Assembly: GCA_002269645.1 (NCBI GenBank)
Contig: NIVC01001463.1
Coordinates: forward strand, 62,001-126,000
Length of the DNA: 64,000 bases
From: Macrostomum lignano
Taxonomy: Eukaryota
Direction of reading: 5' to 3'
Shown here: positions 1 to 13,100 of the stretch, piece by piece
Layout of the letters: each line of letters starts with the position of its first letter
Position numbering within the stretch: the stretch's first letter is position 1
Notes under the pieces: generated by a model
What the model was told of the DNA's origin: nothing
Database searches by the model: none
What the model saw: only the letters and a program-made list of their open reading frames with translations
Translations under genes and position numbers: made by a program

Positions 1-1145
1 TATCGTTCAGCTCATTATACTATCGATTCATATACTTGCACTGCACTGTAACTAACTGCTTTGAAATAGCTTGATTTAGAAACCACAATAAATTTGTTTA
101 CGAAAATTAGACACCAAGAAGAAGCTATAGCTTTTGACTATACATCAAAGGGGGGAGCTGGGGGCGGGGGGCGCGGTCGGTTCAAGTTTTGGGCGCCAAC
201 ATGAGTATGAGGGGCGCTAATTTATTTTAAGCTAGGGGTGCAAAAATGCGTGTAGGAGGCGAAAAATCTAGTTTAAATGGTGCTCAATAAGTTTTTGGGT
301 TAATAAGTTTTTAGGTTTTAGGGGGCTCAATAAGTTCTATCAAGCTCTATCCGCGGGTCCGCCCCTATTGGCGCCCCTTGCCTTTAGTCCCTGAATTAGC
401 ACATAACATATATTACAGTCATAAGCTACGCTATAGGTATACAGTTGTTTTCTAAACTCGTTCAATGGCTTTTAAGACGTACATGTACATGTACATCTAC
501 AATACATGTACATGTAGTAGATGTAGTACAAAAAATCGAATCATCAATTGGATCGTTGACAGTTGATTTGAGTTGAAAAATTAAAAGTATGGATAAAATT
601 AAGTGCGCGCTATAAGTGATTATGCCTCGAAACGCACTCAAACAAAATGATAATTGATAGCATACGAACCATCAATACTTTAATAAGAGTTTATAGTGAC
701 AGCTATATTTTAATATTTAACAACGAAAAATAGTCAAATCAAGTCTAAAAAGCTTGTCACCGAATTGACCACTGGTGTCACCGAAACGTCCCAAGTTGTC
801 ACCGAAGTTGTTGTCACCGAAATGTCTTGTCACCGAATTGACCTGGGACCGATGCCATAGACACATCATGGAAAGAAACTTGGAGATTCAGAACACCCAT
901 AGATAGATTTAGCCTTGCATATATACTTCTGTACTTTTGCAATGAACAGAAACAAAAGTTTTTTCCAACTATTGAAGTTAGATAGGGCCATGACTCAATG
1001 CCATAGATATATCATGAAAAAAAATTTTGAAATTTAAGTATAGGTACCATTTCATTTGACAGAATGAAGCATACATATAGGAGCTACTGTAGCCTTTTGA
1101 ATCAAATTGTATTGTACAGAAGAAGACCTCAAGAATATGCTCATA

Positions 1146-1550
1146 ATGCCAAATGCAAAAGTGAGTAACAACAATTGGTAGAGGCTCATTGATGCACACA
1201 TAAATAGAGACGATTTTGTGCATCTTGCTTTAGCAATGGGCATCAAGCAAACAACTATGTATACAATTGTGAAAAGTGGAAGGCCAGCTAAAATGCCAAA
1301 AAAGGTCCTAAGCATGTTAGCATGTGAGAGTGGATCAAGAGATGTTGGATTTTCTTGAAGAGTTGATTCAAGTTAACCCCTATATTACTCTAGCCGAACT
1401 GAAGACTGGCCTTCATGCTTGCTTTTCTGAAAAACCCAAAGTAGCAATGTAGTATGTACTCCAATAGCTTGTCTAAATAGATTGAAATTTGTTGGAATTG
1501 ATTAGAAATTTTGCAGTATGAGCCATAGATAGGAAGACAGAAAAAGCCAA
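1146..1550 (+). mobile_element. Degenerate Tc1/IS630-type transposase N-terminal (HTH) fragment
   Basis: Manual translation across a stop and a frameshift: MPNAKVSNNNW*RLIDAHINRDDFVHLALAMGIKQTTMYTIVKSGRPAKMPK / RVDQEMLDFLEELIQVNPYITLAELKTGLHACFSEKPKV. This resembles the paired-like HTH plus 'ITLxEL' second HTH of IS630-Tc1 transposases. No DDE domain seen. Confidence 0.55.
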
Positions 1551-3529
1551 TTCATAGCCAACTGTTGGAATTGATTGTAAATTGTTTGAATTGATTACAA
1601 AGTGTCAGTTTCTTGTGGTAGCTTGTTTGCTTTGTTTGAAAATTGTTGCTTTTGAAAGCACATTTGTCGGAATTGAATGCACATTTAGCTAAGAACTACC
1701 ATAAACTGTCTGAATTGAATGAAAAGATTTTGACTTTGATTGCACGTTTGCCAAAATAGAATGGAAAAAGGTATATACACTTTGTTATAGGCCTACTCCA
1801 TAGGCCTATCAGTTATACGCTATACAACACAGTTGACAAATAAAAAGTTGACAAGTTTACCTAGATCTGTTCAAGTGGGGGCCTCTTGAGACAGAGAAAT
1901 AGGCCTATAGTGCTATAGGCCTAGTTTCAGAATGTGGTTAATTTTTGGGGCAATTTTTGTTTAAATGATTGTCTTCTGAAACTGAAATAGGCCTAGTATA
2001 TGAGCATGAGGTGCTCATTTATAAAAAAATATTTATGGTTCCATGATGGCATGATTGCTTGAAAGCTATATTGACAAAGAAGTGCTATAATTTTGGAACA
2101 CAATCATTTTAAGGAGTTTTTGTATTTAAATAGGCTTTTATCGCTAGAAATAAATTGTTAAATATCACTCCAACAACTTCTAAGCTTTATTTATTTAAAA
2201 CAATTTTTGGCAATGTCCTAGATTCCTATGTTAAATTATTATTTTGATATAAAATTTGAAATGAACAAACAAAAGCAAGTTTATTCAAGATTTAAAATGA
2301 GTCTTAGGTATTAAAAAGAGTAGTACATGGTGTAGTAATGTGTCAGCCAGTACAGAAAGTTGCCGAAGCTCTTTTTGGGTAGGCCCCTAGAGTCAGTGCC
2401 AGAGAAACTTTCTAAGATGGGAGTCAAAAAGGTCATCATTGGTGCCATGCTGACTACAAAACTTTGCCTTCATGTGGGCCCAGGTGCCTTCAATAGTATT
2501 CTCAATGACTGATTCCAAGGTCATAGAGGTCAGCCAATAGCCGCAAATTGGCAGGAGGTAGGATATTTATAGGCGCTCAAGGTTGTCTAGCCATGATTTA
2601 CACTGAAAATAACAAAAATTGGGTCAAAATAATTTAATGTGGGAAAGTAGGACATTGCCCAATTTTTAAAGAAATTGTCACTTCACTCAATCATTCTATG
2701 AATGAAGAGAGGTGCTGTGAATAAAGGGAGGCGCTGTGAATGAAGAGAGGCATATCATTTGCTCAAAGATTGCCATAGACAGTTTGTCTATTATTGTAGG
2801 CTATTTAATAGTAACAATAGCTAGCAATAAAGCAATATAAAAATTAAGCATAAAAAGCAGCCTTTTTAGAAGTAAGCAGTATCTTTTTCAATTTTTTCTC
2901 TTTTTATCTATTGTTTTTATAACAAGTTTTGGTAAGATAATTAATAAATGTAGATAATAAGTAGTTGAAAATTTTAATGTATATTTTGGTAGAAATTTTC
3001 AGATATACATTTACATATAAACTTTTTTATGTTAGGCTAACATTATATAGCTAACATTTTTTGCTTTTTTATTATAAATCTTGAGTTTATACATTAATAT
3101 TCTAATTAACTTTTTAATTATATTAGACTGCTATCTACAAAAGTGCCCATTTGATATAAAATGATAGGCCTATCCATACATGCGCATCAGTCGGCCAATC
3201 TGGCTGACCAATTTGGTGGCCAACCAAGGTAAGTCACAAAAATGCCCATCCCAATAAATATCCAAGTACTAAGTAGGCCCCTAGATAATAAGGCATTTTG
3301 CCTTAATAAGACAATCATATGATGAGTATTTCAAAAGTAATGAGAATTTTGTTACAACTTTTGATTGAATAAACACATGAACCTGAAATTTTCACCCAAC
3401 AATTTTTAAAGATGGAACAATTATCAGATTTTACCAAATCCGAATACTGAATATTTGGATACAAACTAGCCAAATAATGAATACCAAATATCAAATATCA
3501 CAATAGCAGATATTAAAACAAGCATTTGA

Positions 3530-3970
3530 CAAATTTGCTTATATTTAAATTGATTTTTATTAGAATCTTTGGAGTGGCAAAAGTGGCTGGCAATCTTCTT
3601 GCAGAGAATCACCAGCCGAGAGACAAACCGCTAGGCACCATCCTTTGCACCATCAGGCAAATAATCGCAAATGCAATTTTGCAACCAATGGATGACACAC
3701 GAGACTCACTGCAGATCAAGTCCTCTGAAGGCCACAACCATTATGGAATCATCATCAATAGTGTAGCCACTTAGCTTGGGCATCAGTCCCCACTCTTGCA
3801 AGACCTCCATCAGAGTGTTAGAAACATTGGCCGCAGTTGCAGCTCCAGTGATTGGTGCTGCACAGATTGTTACCATCTTCTGCCTGAAGTCTGCAGTCAG
3901 CTAATGGACAGTCAGTGAAAGCAGCGCAAACTTGTCATTCTTACTTGTCCACTCGTCACTTGTTGCTTGT
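3530..3970 (-). mobile_element. Degenerate hAT-superfamily transposase fragment (catalytic core)
   Basis: Minus-strand translation ATSDEWTSKNDKFALLSLTVH*LTADFRQK...LMEVLQEWGL...GYTIDDDSIMVVAF...*VSCVIHWLQNCI. It shows the hAT TxDxWTS motif, SLTVH(W), a TDNxxNM-like motif and CxxH, with two in-frame stops. Confidence 0.8.
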
Positions 3971-5326
3971 ATAAAATGATTGGGCGAAAATTTCAGGTTC
4001 ATGCGTTCATCCAATCAAAAGTTATAACAAAATTCTCGTTACTTTTGAAAAACCCGTTGTAGTCAGTCCTGCTGTTTACCCAAAGTTGCATTAATTTTGC
4101 TTTAGGGTTTCTTTTATATGTAAGTCACATTTTTGGCCAAAAACTGCATCACATTTTTTGTTAAAACTAAGTTGCACAGCTGACTGAATTTTGAAGGTTG
4201 TGCATGTATGGGCCTATCTATCAATTATCTATAAAAAGTTAAAAAGAAGCTGGCATTAAATTTATATAACAAAAATGTATATTAGACCAAATTTCCTATT
4301 ATAATTAATATAATTGTCTATATGGCAATGCTAAATATATTTTTAATTGTTTGTCTAAAAAGTTTTTACGTCAAAAAGTCAATTAAGTTATTTAAATTTT
4401 TTGCTTTGTTTTGTTTGCTATTAGTTATTGGCAATGATTTCTATTAGCAATTATTATATATAAGTATCAATTATTCTTTATTAATCAATTAATTTTAAAA
4501 CAAGGCTATTTTTATATCAATTTTAACTTTAAAAATCATAAAATAATATAGCATGTTTGAAATTTTACTTTTTATAGTTTGTATTTTTGTTCAATAATCT
4601 TAGACCAAGTCAAATACTATTAATATTATTTGAATTTCTTTTTTGAAATATCAATCTTTTATAGTATAAAATACTCAAATAATAAATAATTATTGCATCA
4701 TGAGTAATATTATTTTTGTTGCTTAAGAAATTTTTCTATGTCCTAATGGAAAATAATTGGTTTAAAAAAGTATATAATTCAACCAACTACATTGTAATAA
4801 CTATGCTATTTGGCATATTTATCATTGTTCTTAACTATCCTTTTGGCATAGTCATAGCACATTGATGACATAAATATGCTAATCAACATATTACTGCACC
4901 AAACAAAACAAACAATAAACAAATGCCAAGCCATAACTCTCAGTTGTGCCCATTTTTGTAACTAATTTCTTTTTATCTGGTTTTATGTGCCATTTGACAC
5001 AGTTAAGTGACAATTATTTCCTAATGGGACATCTAGTTTTTTATCATCTTTACTTGCATATTTGAATAGGTTCTTTAGGAAAAAATTAAAATTTAGTATA
5101 TTTTGTTTGCTGGATACTACTTATTAACTATATTTAGTAGTATATATTTGTTTTATTTTAGCATTGTTTGTACATATCTATAAAATTGTATCTATTGAAT
5201 TCAGACTGCGCACTTGCTGTGGCGCAGATGTAGAGCAGAAATAAACATCTAGACAGACAAACAAACAAATAACACAGCATTAGACAAGAAGAAATTGTTT
5301 ATCTGGCTCCTGTGTGCAGCAGCAAA

Positions 5327-5845
5327 ATGGAGGTTAACGAGAGTCTGGTCAGCACCCTGCTGTCCATGGGCTTCCCCGATGAGGGCGACATTCGCGAGGC
5401 TCTGCGCATCGCTAAAAATGACGTCTCCGAGGCCATCTCAGTGCTGGTGAATGACACTCGGCCAGCTGAAAATGTTAATAATTCAACTGGATTCCCATGC
5501 GATCTATCCTCGCCATCTATGGCCGTCGTTCCCATGGTAACGTCGACAACGGCTGTGGATGGCGGAGACCCCGGCGCGTCGCCATGCGTCGGCGAAGAGA
5601 TGCACATTGACGAGCCGGCCGCAGCAGCCGCCGGGTTCCCATTGGCCGCCCTATTAGAGCTGGAGGGCCGAACTTTCACAGAGAAATGGAGCATACCGTT
5701 CAAGCAGCACGAATCGCTTTGCGTGTGCATGCAGGCCTGCACCAGATTGGCTAGGGATCAGCTGCTTGAGGCCGAGGAGAATGCTACTCGGTTTATTAAT
5801 CGCGCATTGCCAGAGTGTTTTCAAAAACTGCTCAATAGTTCTCAG
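5327..5845 (+). CDS. USP24: USP24 exon 1 (UBA domain)
   Basis: ATG at 5327; [40 protein letters not shown]; donor CAG|GTAAAC at 5845/5846. Confidence 0.9.
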
Positions 5846-7027
5846 GTAAACGAGACTCAGATGTGAGATTCGTTTTGATACGTAGTGTATCTTGCTGGTA
5901 GGAGGTCCTTGAAAAGTCGATAATCTAGATGCTATTTTGCTAGATGCTATCCGGATGGCATCCGGAAATTAGTGTTACTATTATTCGGTGTGGACGTATA
6001 GAAAGTTGCACTTGCATGAGTTTGGTGTCATTTGAAAGCGGCAAGTCTCTTCTTTAAAATGACACCAATTGCAAGAGATTTGAATATGTGCTTCAAGAGA
6101 TATGGATAATTAAGTAGAGAAAGGTCGGTCATAGACTTACACAAGCTGTGTCTGCAGAAAACTTTATTAATCACTCCAAGAAAATCCAAACAACACAACA
6201 AAAGTACAGTAAAAAACAGGTGATAACAGGTGATAACAAGCAAAATTGTTATACAAGCGAACAACGTTAAAATCACTCATCGGTTGGCAGAGTTGTCTTC
6301 TAAACGTAGTCAACACCAGACATGACGCACTTCTCCCATCGGTCTCGCATCTTGTCAATGGCGTCTGCGTACAGAGTTCTCGGAATCTGGTGCAGCAGGA
6401 CCCTCCTAACCTCGCTCTCCAATTGATCGCGACTGTTATGGACTCAGCACAGCAACTGCAGTCTTAGTTTTCTGAGGCAGCCCCTCTTATTTAATGCATC
6501 AAATTTGGCCATAGACAGTTTATGCATGCGAGAAAAATCGATAAAAATTCAAGCTGAATGCTATTTTTAGCTCAAATTTTAGCTTGTGTAAGTCTATGAC
6601 CGACCTTTCTCTTCTTAATTATCCATATCTCTTGAAGCACATATTCAAATCTCTTGCAATTGGTGTCATTTTAAAGAAGAGACTTGCCGCTTTCAAATGA
6701 CACCAAACTCATGCAAGTGCAACTTTCCATACGTCCACAACGAGTAATAGTAACAATACTTTCCGGACGCCCCTCGTACAGTCAAATCGCTAGTGAATCC
6801 GCAGCCAGCGAAGAAGCAGGTTAATAGTAAGACAAAACTCAATATTATTTGCGACGCGTTTCGGCTAAAACTAGCCATCTTCAGGCACTATCGAACAGAA
6901 TTTATTTCAACTTATTAAATACTGTGTAGACGACAAAATCAGGTATTGAAAAGATAAAAGGACTAAAGGATCAATGTACAGTATAGCAATGTTCATAATA
7001 TTTTTTTGTGGAATGACAGGACAGAGA

Positions 7028-7113
<86 letters not shown>

Positions 7114-10100
7114 GCGTATGCGCCCCAAATGTACTCTAGCTTAGAACACCAACAGCCGTTCACTCGCACCTCCTCCAGATAGTTGGACATTGAGAATGGG
7201 TTTGTGTAACTTAATGTGCAGAGCTTCAAGAATGTTAAGTTTATGCTCATTTTTGCTGTTGTCTATGACCTTGAAATGAGAGGTTATGTCTGGCTCATCA
7301 CAACAACCATGGCATTGCAGCAAATGTTCCTGAATCGGAGAGTTTCGTTGTCTATGTTCCTTGGCTCTCGTGAGTAGGTGTCGCTTGGTTTTACCAATGT
7401 AGGTAATGCTCTGGTCAACAGAGCAACGAAAACGATAGATGACACCTGCCTTGAGAGCACATGGAACACGAGACTTTAAACTGCCAACGAATTGACTGAC
7501 TTTATGAGTACGGAACACTACATGAATCTTAGTCTTAAAGAATTTTTGGCAAGTTTTGCGAATTTGCCTCTTAAACACAATCGAAGAGTTGCCCAAAAAC
7601 GGAAGAGTCAAGATTGGTTCTCCTGGTTCTCTATCTGGCCGTTTAGGTTTAAGCTTTTTTTCAATTTTTTCATCTAAGAAATTACCAATAACCTTCATGA
7701 TGTAGTTAATAGGGTATCCATTGGCAGTGAGAATATTGATAATGTTGGTAAACTCGTTGTGCAGCAACGACCAAGAGCAACATACTGTATAGGCCCGATG
7801 AAGCAGACAACGAATGACTCCCGTCTTCCATTCCCTGGGGCACAACGCCTGGAAATTAAGCATCAAGTTAGTGAATGTGGGCTTGCGATACACTTCGGTC
7901 TCAATAGCGCAGTCCTTCAGATGGATCTCGATGTCAAGAAACGGAAGTTTCTTTCCACCATATTCCACGGTGAATTTAATGTTAGGATGGGTGGCGTTTA
8001 TTGTGTTGAGAAATTGCAGAAAGTCTTCCTCGTTATCAAAAATAGCGCAAGTGTCATCGACATACCGTTTGTAAAATTTCGGAGCACAGCTTTTTTCCAT
8101 CCAGGTTTTCTCCCAATGCGAAGCAGGTTAAGCCTCAGGTATTATAATACACAACATACATGCTCAAATTCGAAATTTTACCCGGCCGTGCGACTTACCT
8201 ACGAGAGAACCCCTAAAGCAAAAATTAACATTTTGGGTAAACAGGAGGAGTAACTATAACTATACTATTAAGACTAAATGCCTCGGCATCTAATTAGTAC
8301 TACCTCTGCATTTTGGGTCTGCGGTATTGCGACTACCCAGCCGAGTCGGCGGGGTGTTGGACACGTATGATACACAAGATAGACCCACTCACAATGTCAC
8401 AAGCGGGCAAGCGGAAGGCCAAACTGCTTATCGATCTTGCTGGAGGCTGTTGCGCCACCTTTTTTCTATCTTGCTCGATACACAGGCACACTGGATTTGA
8501 GTCTGTTGGTAGACAGGCAGAGACGATTGTTGCAGATGAAAAAATAAAAATCTTTTTGTATACCTTACTGTTTTGTTCAGGCAAAAGACAAATTTTGCTA
8601 CTGAATAAAAGTAGATGCGCGCAGGTTTTTTTTCGAGTGACGTATTTAGTTATTCTAGTATTTTATTTATCTTCTAATCCTTGCATTCTCAGGTAAATAC
8701 TTGGATGCACGACATTCAGGAGGGCATATTCGATATGCTCAACTTTCTAATCGAGCTCATAGCCGAGCGCTTAGGCTACACGCCAATGTGCTGCCAGCTG
8801 ATGGAACTGCTAGCCCTGGCGCTGAATCCCCAGACTGAATACCACAAACGGCACAAAGCCAAGAAGACCGATAAGAACTTCTGGAAGGATAAACTAAGAG
8901 AGAGTCTCAATTCTGAGCGGCTGTTCTCGTCTAGCTCAAACTTGAACTTGCACCGGGATCCCTACGGCTATTTGTGCCATCTCATTAACAAATTTGCCAG
9001 CTGTAAAGGCTTTGAAAGATTGCGCAATCTGTGCTCAGCTCCGGATGCCACTGTTAACGATCTGGCCTATGCACTGTTCCCGTTTGGCCTGTGCGCCGAG
9101 CAGGTTAGCACGGATACATTTCAAGATTATTTGAAAGCCGCCTGCGAACGCGCGTTGACTATGTGCACCAACCTGGGCAAGGACGATTTGAAACGGCGAG
9201 ATTTGCGCGTATTTCAGTTATTGTCCGGCGTGCGACTATTGTACCTGCGCTTCCGGGATAAGGAGGTGTCCGCGTGTGATCAGGTGGGGACTGCTTTCTG
9301 GTGGTACTCTTCAGTATTAGTTTGAAGCCTTGGAATCCAAAATCTCACCCCTCAGTGGTAGTTTGAAACCTTGCAATATCAAAATCTCACCCTTAATCGT
9401 ATTTTAAAGCCTTGCTATATCAAAATCTCACCCTCAGTGGTAGTTTGAAGCCTTGCAATATCAAAATCTCACCCTTAATCGTATTTTAAAGCCTTGCTAT
9501 ATCAAAATCTCACCCTCAGTGGTAGTTTGAAGCCTTGCAATATCAAAATCTCACCCTTATCGTATTTTAAAGCCTTGCTATATCAAAATCTCACCCTCAG
9601 TGGTAGTTTGAAGCCTTGCAATATCAAAATCTCACCCCTCAGTGGTAGTTTGAAGCCTTGCAATATCAAAATCTCACCCCTCAGTGGTAGTTTGAAGCCT
9701 TGCAATATCAAAATCTCACCCTCAGTGGTAGTTTGAAGCCTTGCAATATCAAAATCTCACCCCTTAATCGTATTTTAAAGCCTTGCTATATCAAAATCTC
9801 ACCCTCAGTGGTAGTTTGAAGCCTTGCAATATCAAAATCTCACCCTTAATCGTATTTTAAAGCCTTGCTATATCAAAATCTCACCCTCAGTGGTAGTTTG
9901 AAGCCTTGCAATATCAAAATCTCACCCTTATCGTATTTTAAAGCCTTGCTATATCAAAATCTCACCCTCAGTGGTAGTTTGAAGCCTTGCAATATCAAAA
10001 TCTCACCCCTCAGTGGTAGTTTGAAGCCTTGCAATATCAAAATCTCACCCCTCAGTGGTAGTTTGAAGCCTTGCAATATCAAAATCTCACCCCTCAGTGG

Positions 10101-13100
10101 TAGTTTGAAGCCTTGCAATATCAAAATCTCACCCTCAGTGGTAGTTTGAAGCCTTGCAATATCAAAATCTCACCCTCAGTGGTAGTTTGAAGCCTTGCAA
10201 TATCAAAATCTCACCCTTAATCGTATTTTAAAGCCTTGCTATATCAAAATCTCACCCTCAGTGGTAGTTTGAAGCCTTGCAATATCAAAATCTCACCCTC
10301 AGTGGTAGTTTAAAGCCTTGCAATATCAAAATCTCACCCTTCAGTGGTAGTTTGAAGCCTTTCCATATCAAAATCTCACCCCTCAGTGGCAGCTTGAAGC
10401 CTTGCAATATCAAAATCTCACCCTCAGTGATAGTTTGAAGCCTTGCAATATCAAAATCTCACCCTCAGTGGTAGTTTGAAGCCTTGCAATATCAAAATCT
10501 CACCCTCAGTGGTAGTTTGAAGCCTTGCAATATCAAAATCTCACCCCTTAATCGTATTTTAAAGCCTTGCAATATCAAAATCTCACCCTCAGTGGTAGTT
10601 TGAAGCCTTGCAATATCAAAATCTCACCCTCAGTGGTAGTTTAAAGCCTTGCAATATCAAAATCTCACCCTTCAGTGGTAGTTTGAAGCCTTGCAATATC
10701 AAAATCTCACCCCTTAATCGTAGTTTAAAGCCTTTCCATATCAAAATCCCACCCTCAGTGGTAGTTTAAAGCCTTTCCATATCAAAATCTCACCCTTTGT
10801 GTTATTTTGAGCCCTTCCATTCCCAAAATGTCAGTCCCATTTTTAATCTCAATCCTAATCCTGATAATGGCCTTATCAGTTCATGTTCCAAATCTGTAAT
10901 CTCCGGCGATTCTGTTATAACAAAGCAAGCCTTCGCTCCCACCCATCCAGGCCCGCACAAACCTGGTGCAAGCTATGCTAGGCAGCGGCCGGTTCAATAG
11001 TCGAATGAACGGCCTAAAGGAGCTTGGCTGCATGATGGCCACGGCTAAGGACCCCAGCTCGGCTAAGAAGCGTCAGAGCATCGGCCTGGAGCCGCTGCTC
11101 CAATGGATGCAAGAGAAAGAAGTTCTCAGCCTGGCTCTGGGCGACGGTCACTCACTAGACAATATGCAAATGTGCGACGGAGTGAAAGAGATTGTAGAAT
11201 TCATCGGGGCCAAGCTGTCAATGAGTGACGTCACCAAGCTGTGGCACATGGCGCACTCGTCGCCGGCTCTGTTCCCAGTGCTGGCCGCTGCCGCATCGCG
11301 CCTACCCGAGGACACCCTTGGCCACCTGTTGCAACTGGTTCAAGCCGATTGGAAAGCCGCCAAAGGCCGATCGGATAATTGGTCCAAACTAGTGGAATTA
11401 GTTGGCTTAGCAGCTAAAGAGAAGGCGCTGCAGATTCTGTGGGAGATGGCGCACGAGTCTGGCCTAGGTAGGCAGCAGATTGATTGCGTGTTGCAGCAAC
11501 ACCTGGCACTGTTGAAAGACTACGCAAAGGATAACCTGCGTCGGCAGTATCTCACCAAGTGTGTGGCTAATATCAAAGCTAAGCAGCTGGTCTATCCGTC
11601 TGTTAACTATCTGTACCAGCTCTGCTCTTCCTTGTCTAACGGCTATAAGAACGATGCTAAAAATACATTGAACGAATGGAACCAAGGCCACGAACTGGTA
11701 CTAGTGCTGGTTACGTCTATTAAAGATCATCAGCGCGATTGTTATAAACAATTTGGTCAGCATCTGTGCGCCATCTCGTCTCTAGATGGTAATTATACTC
11801 ACGAAGAGTATCTGCGACTACATTTGGATCTCATACACTACATTCTGAGGAATGCCGACCTGTATTTGACTAAAATTCGAGTGTTAGAGATGTGGACAGC
11901 GCTAATCTCGGGCGACAGTTCCACTGAGACCGATCGGGATGCCTTCTTTAATTGGTTGGTTCGATCGTTCGATGACTTGGAGGATAAGACTAGGAAGGAA
12001 CTGTTTGAGAACCATTTTCTGCAGTTGGATATTGCCAAGGTAAGTGTTAGCAGAGCCGTTCGTTAATTAACCGATTAGAAATCCTTAAATTAATGGATTA
12101 ACAGGTGTAAATTAAAGGAGTAACGATCCCTAAATTAACGGAGTAACAATCATGTTAATTAATGGATTTACAATCCCTAAATTAGCGGATTAACAATCCT
12201 GAAATTAACGGATTAAAAATCCTTTTAATTAACAGATCAACAATAATTTTTAATTACTGGATTAACAATCCCAAAATTAACGGATTAACAATCCCTAAAT
12301 TAACGGGTTAACAATTCCTAAATTAACGGATTAACAATCCCTAAATTAACGGATTAACAATCCCTAAATTAACGGATTAACAATCCCTAAATTAACGGAT
12401 TAACAATCCCTAAATTAACGGATTAACAATCCCTAAATTAACGGATTAACAATCCTTAAATTAACGGATGAACAGTCCTTAAATTAACGGGTTAACAATC
12501 CCTAAATTAACGGATGAACAGTCCTTAAATTAACGGGTTAACAATCCCTAAATTAACGGATGAACAGTCCTTAAATTAATGGGTTAAAAATCCCTAAATT
12601 AACGGATGAACAGTCCTTAAATTAACGGATTAACAATCCTTAAATTAACGGATGAACAGTCCTTAAATTAACGGGTTAACAATCCCTAAATTAACGGATG
12701 AACAGTCCTTAAATTAACGGGTTAACAATCCCTAAATTAACGGATTAACAATCCTTAAATTAATGGTGTCTCCGTTATCAGATCTTTCATGAAATTTTGG
12801 ATATGCTACTTACTATACTTCATCAGTAGTCTAATAAGCTCACATCAATTTCAATAAACTCTCCGCCCAGGTGACGCCAAATGGATTTTCCTGCTTCAAA
12901 TACTTCTTCGAGCGGATCAACCAAGCCGCCGGCAATCTGACCATTGTCCAGCCAACCTCGTTTAACTCGGAGCGCAAATTGACAGTTGAAAAACTCGAAC
13001 TATTCGGCTCGTCCTATCTGTGGTCATTGTACCTGCGCTCGGATCGGCCGGCCGTGTTCCGCGCGGCACTCGACTGCTTAATGGATTGTTATTATCGGTG

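Noticed and set aside
2330-2600. Possible C-terminal remnant of the hAT transposase
   Set aside because: Manual translation gave no convincing hAT dimerisation motif.
8251-8260. TAACTATAAC, the start of the I-CeuI homing site / rDNA motif
   Set aside because: Only 10 nt match; no rRNA context.
9316-10800. Regular repeats resembling a CRISPR array
   Set aside because: Units are contiguous with no unique spacers, in a eukaryotic intron, with no cas genes.
12090-12765. CCCTAA within repeat units (also intron 10), suggesting interstitial telomeric repeats
   Set aside because: Single hexamers inside longer units, never tandem (TTAGGG)n.
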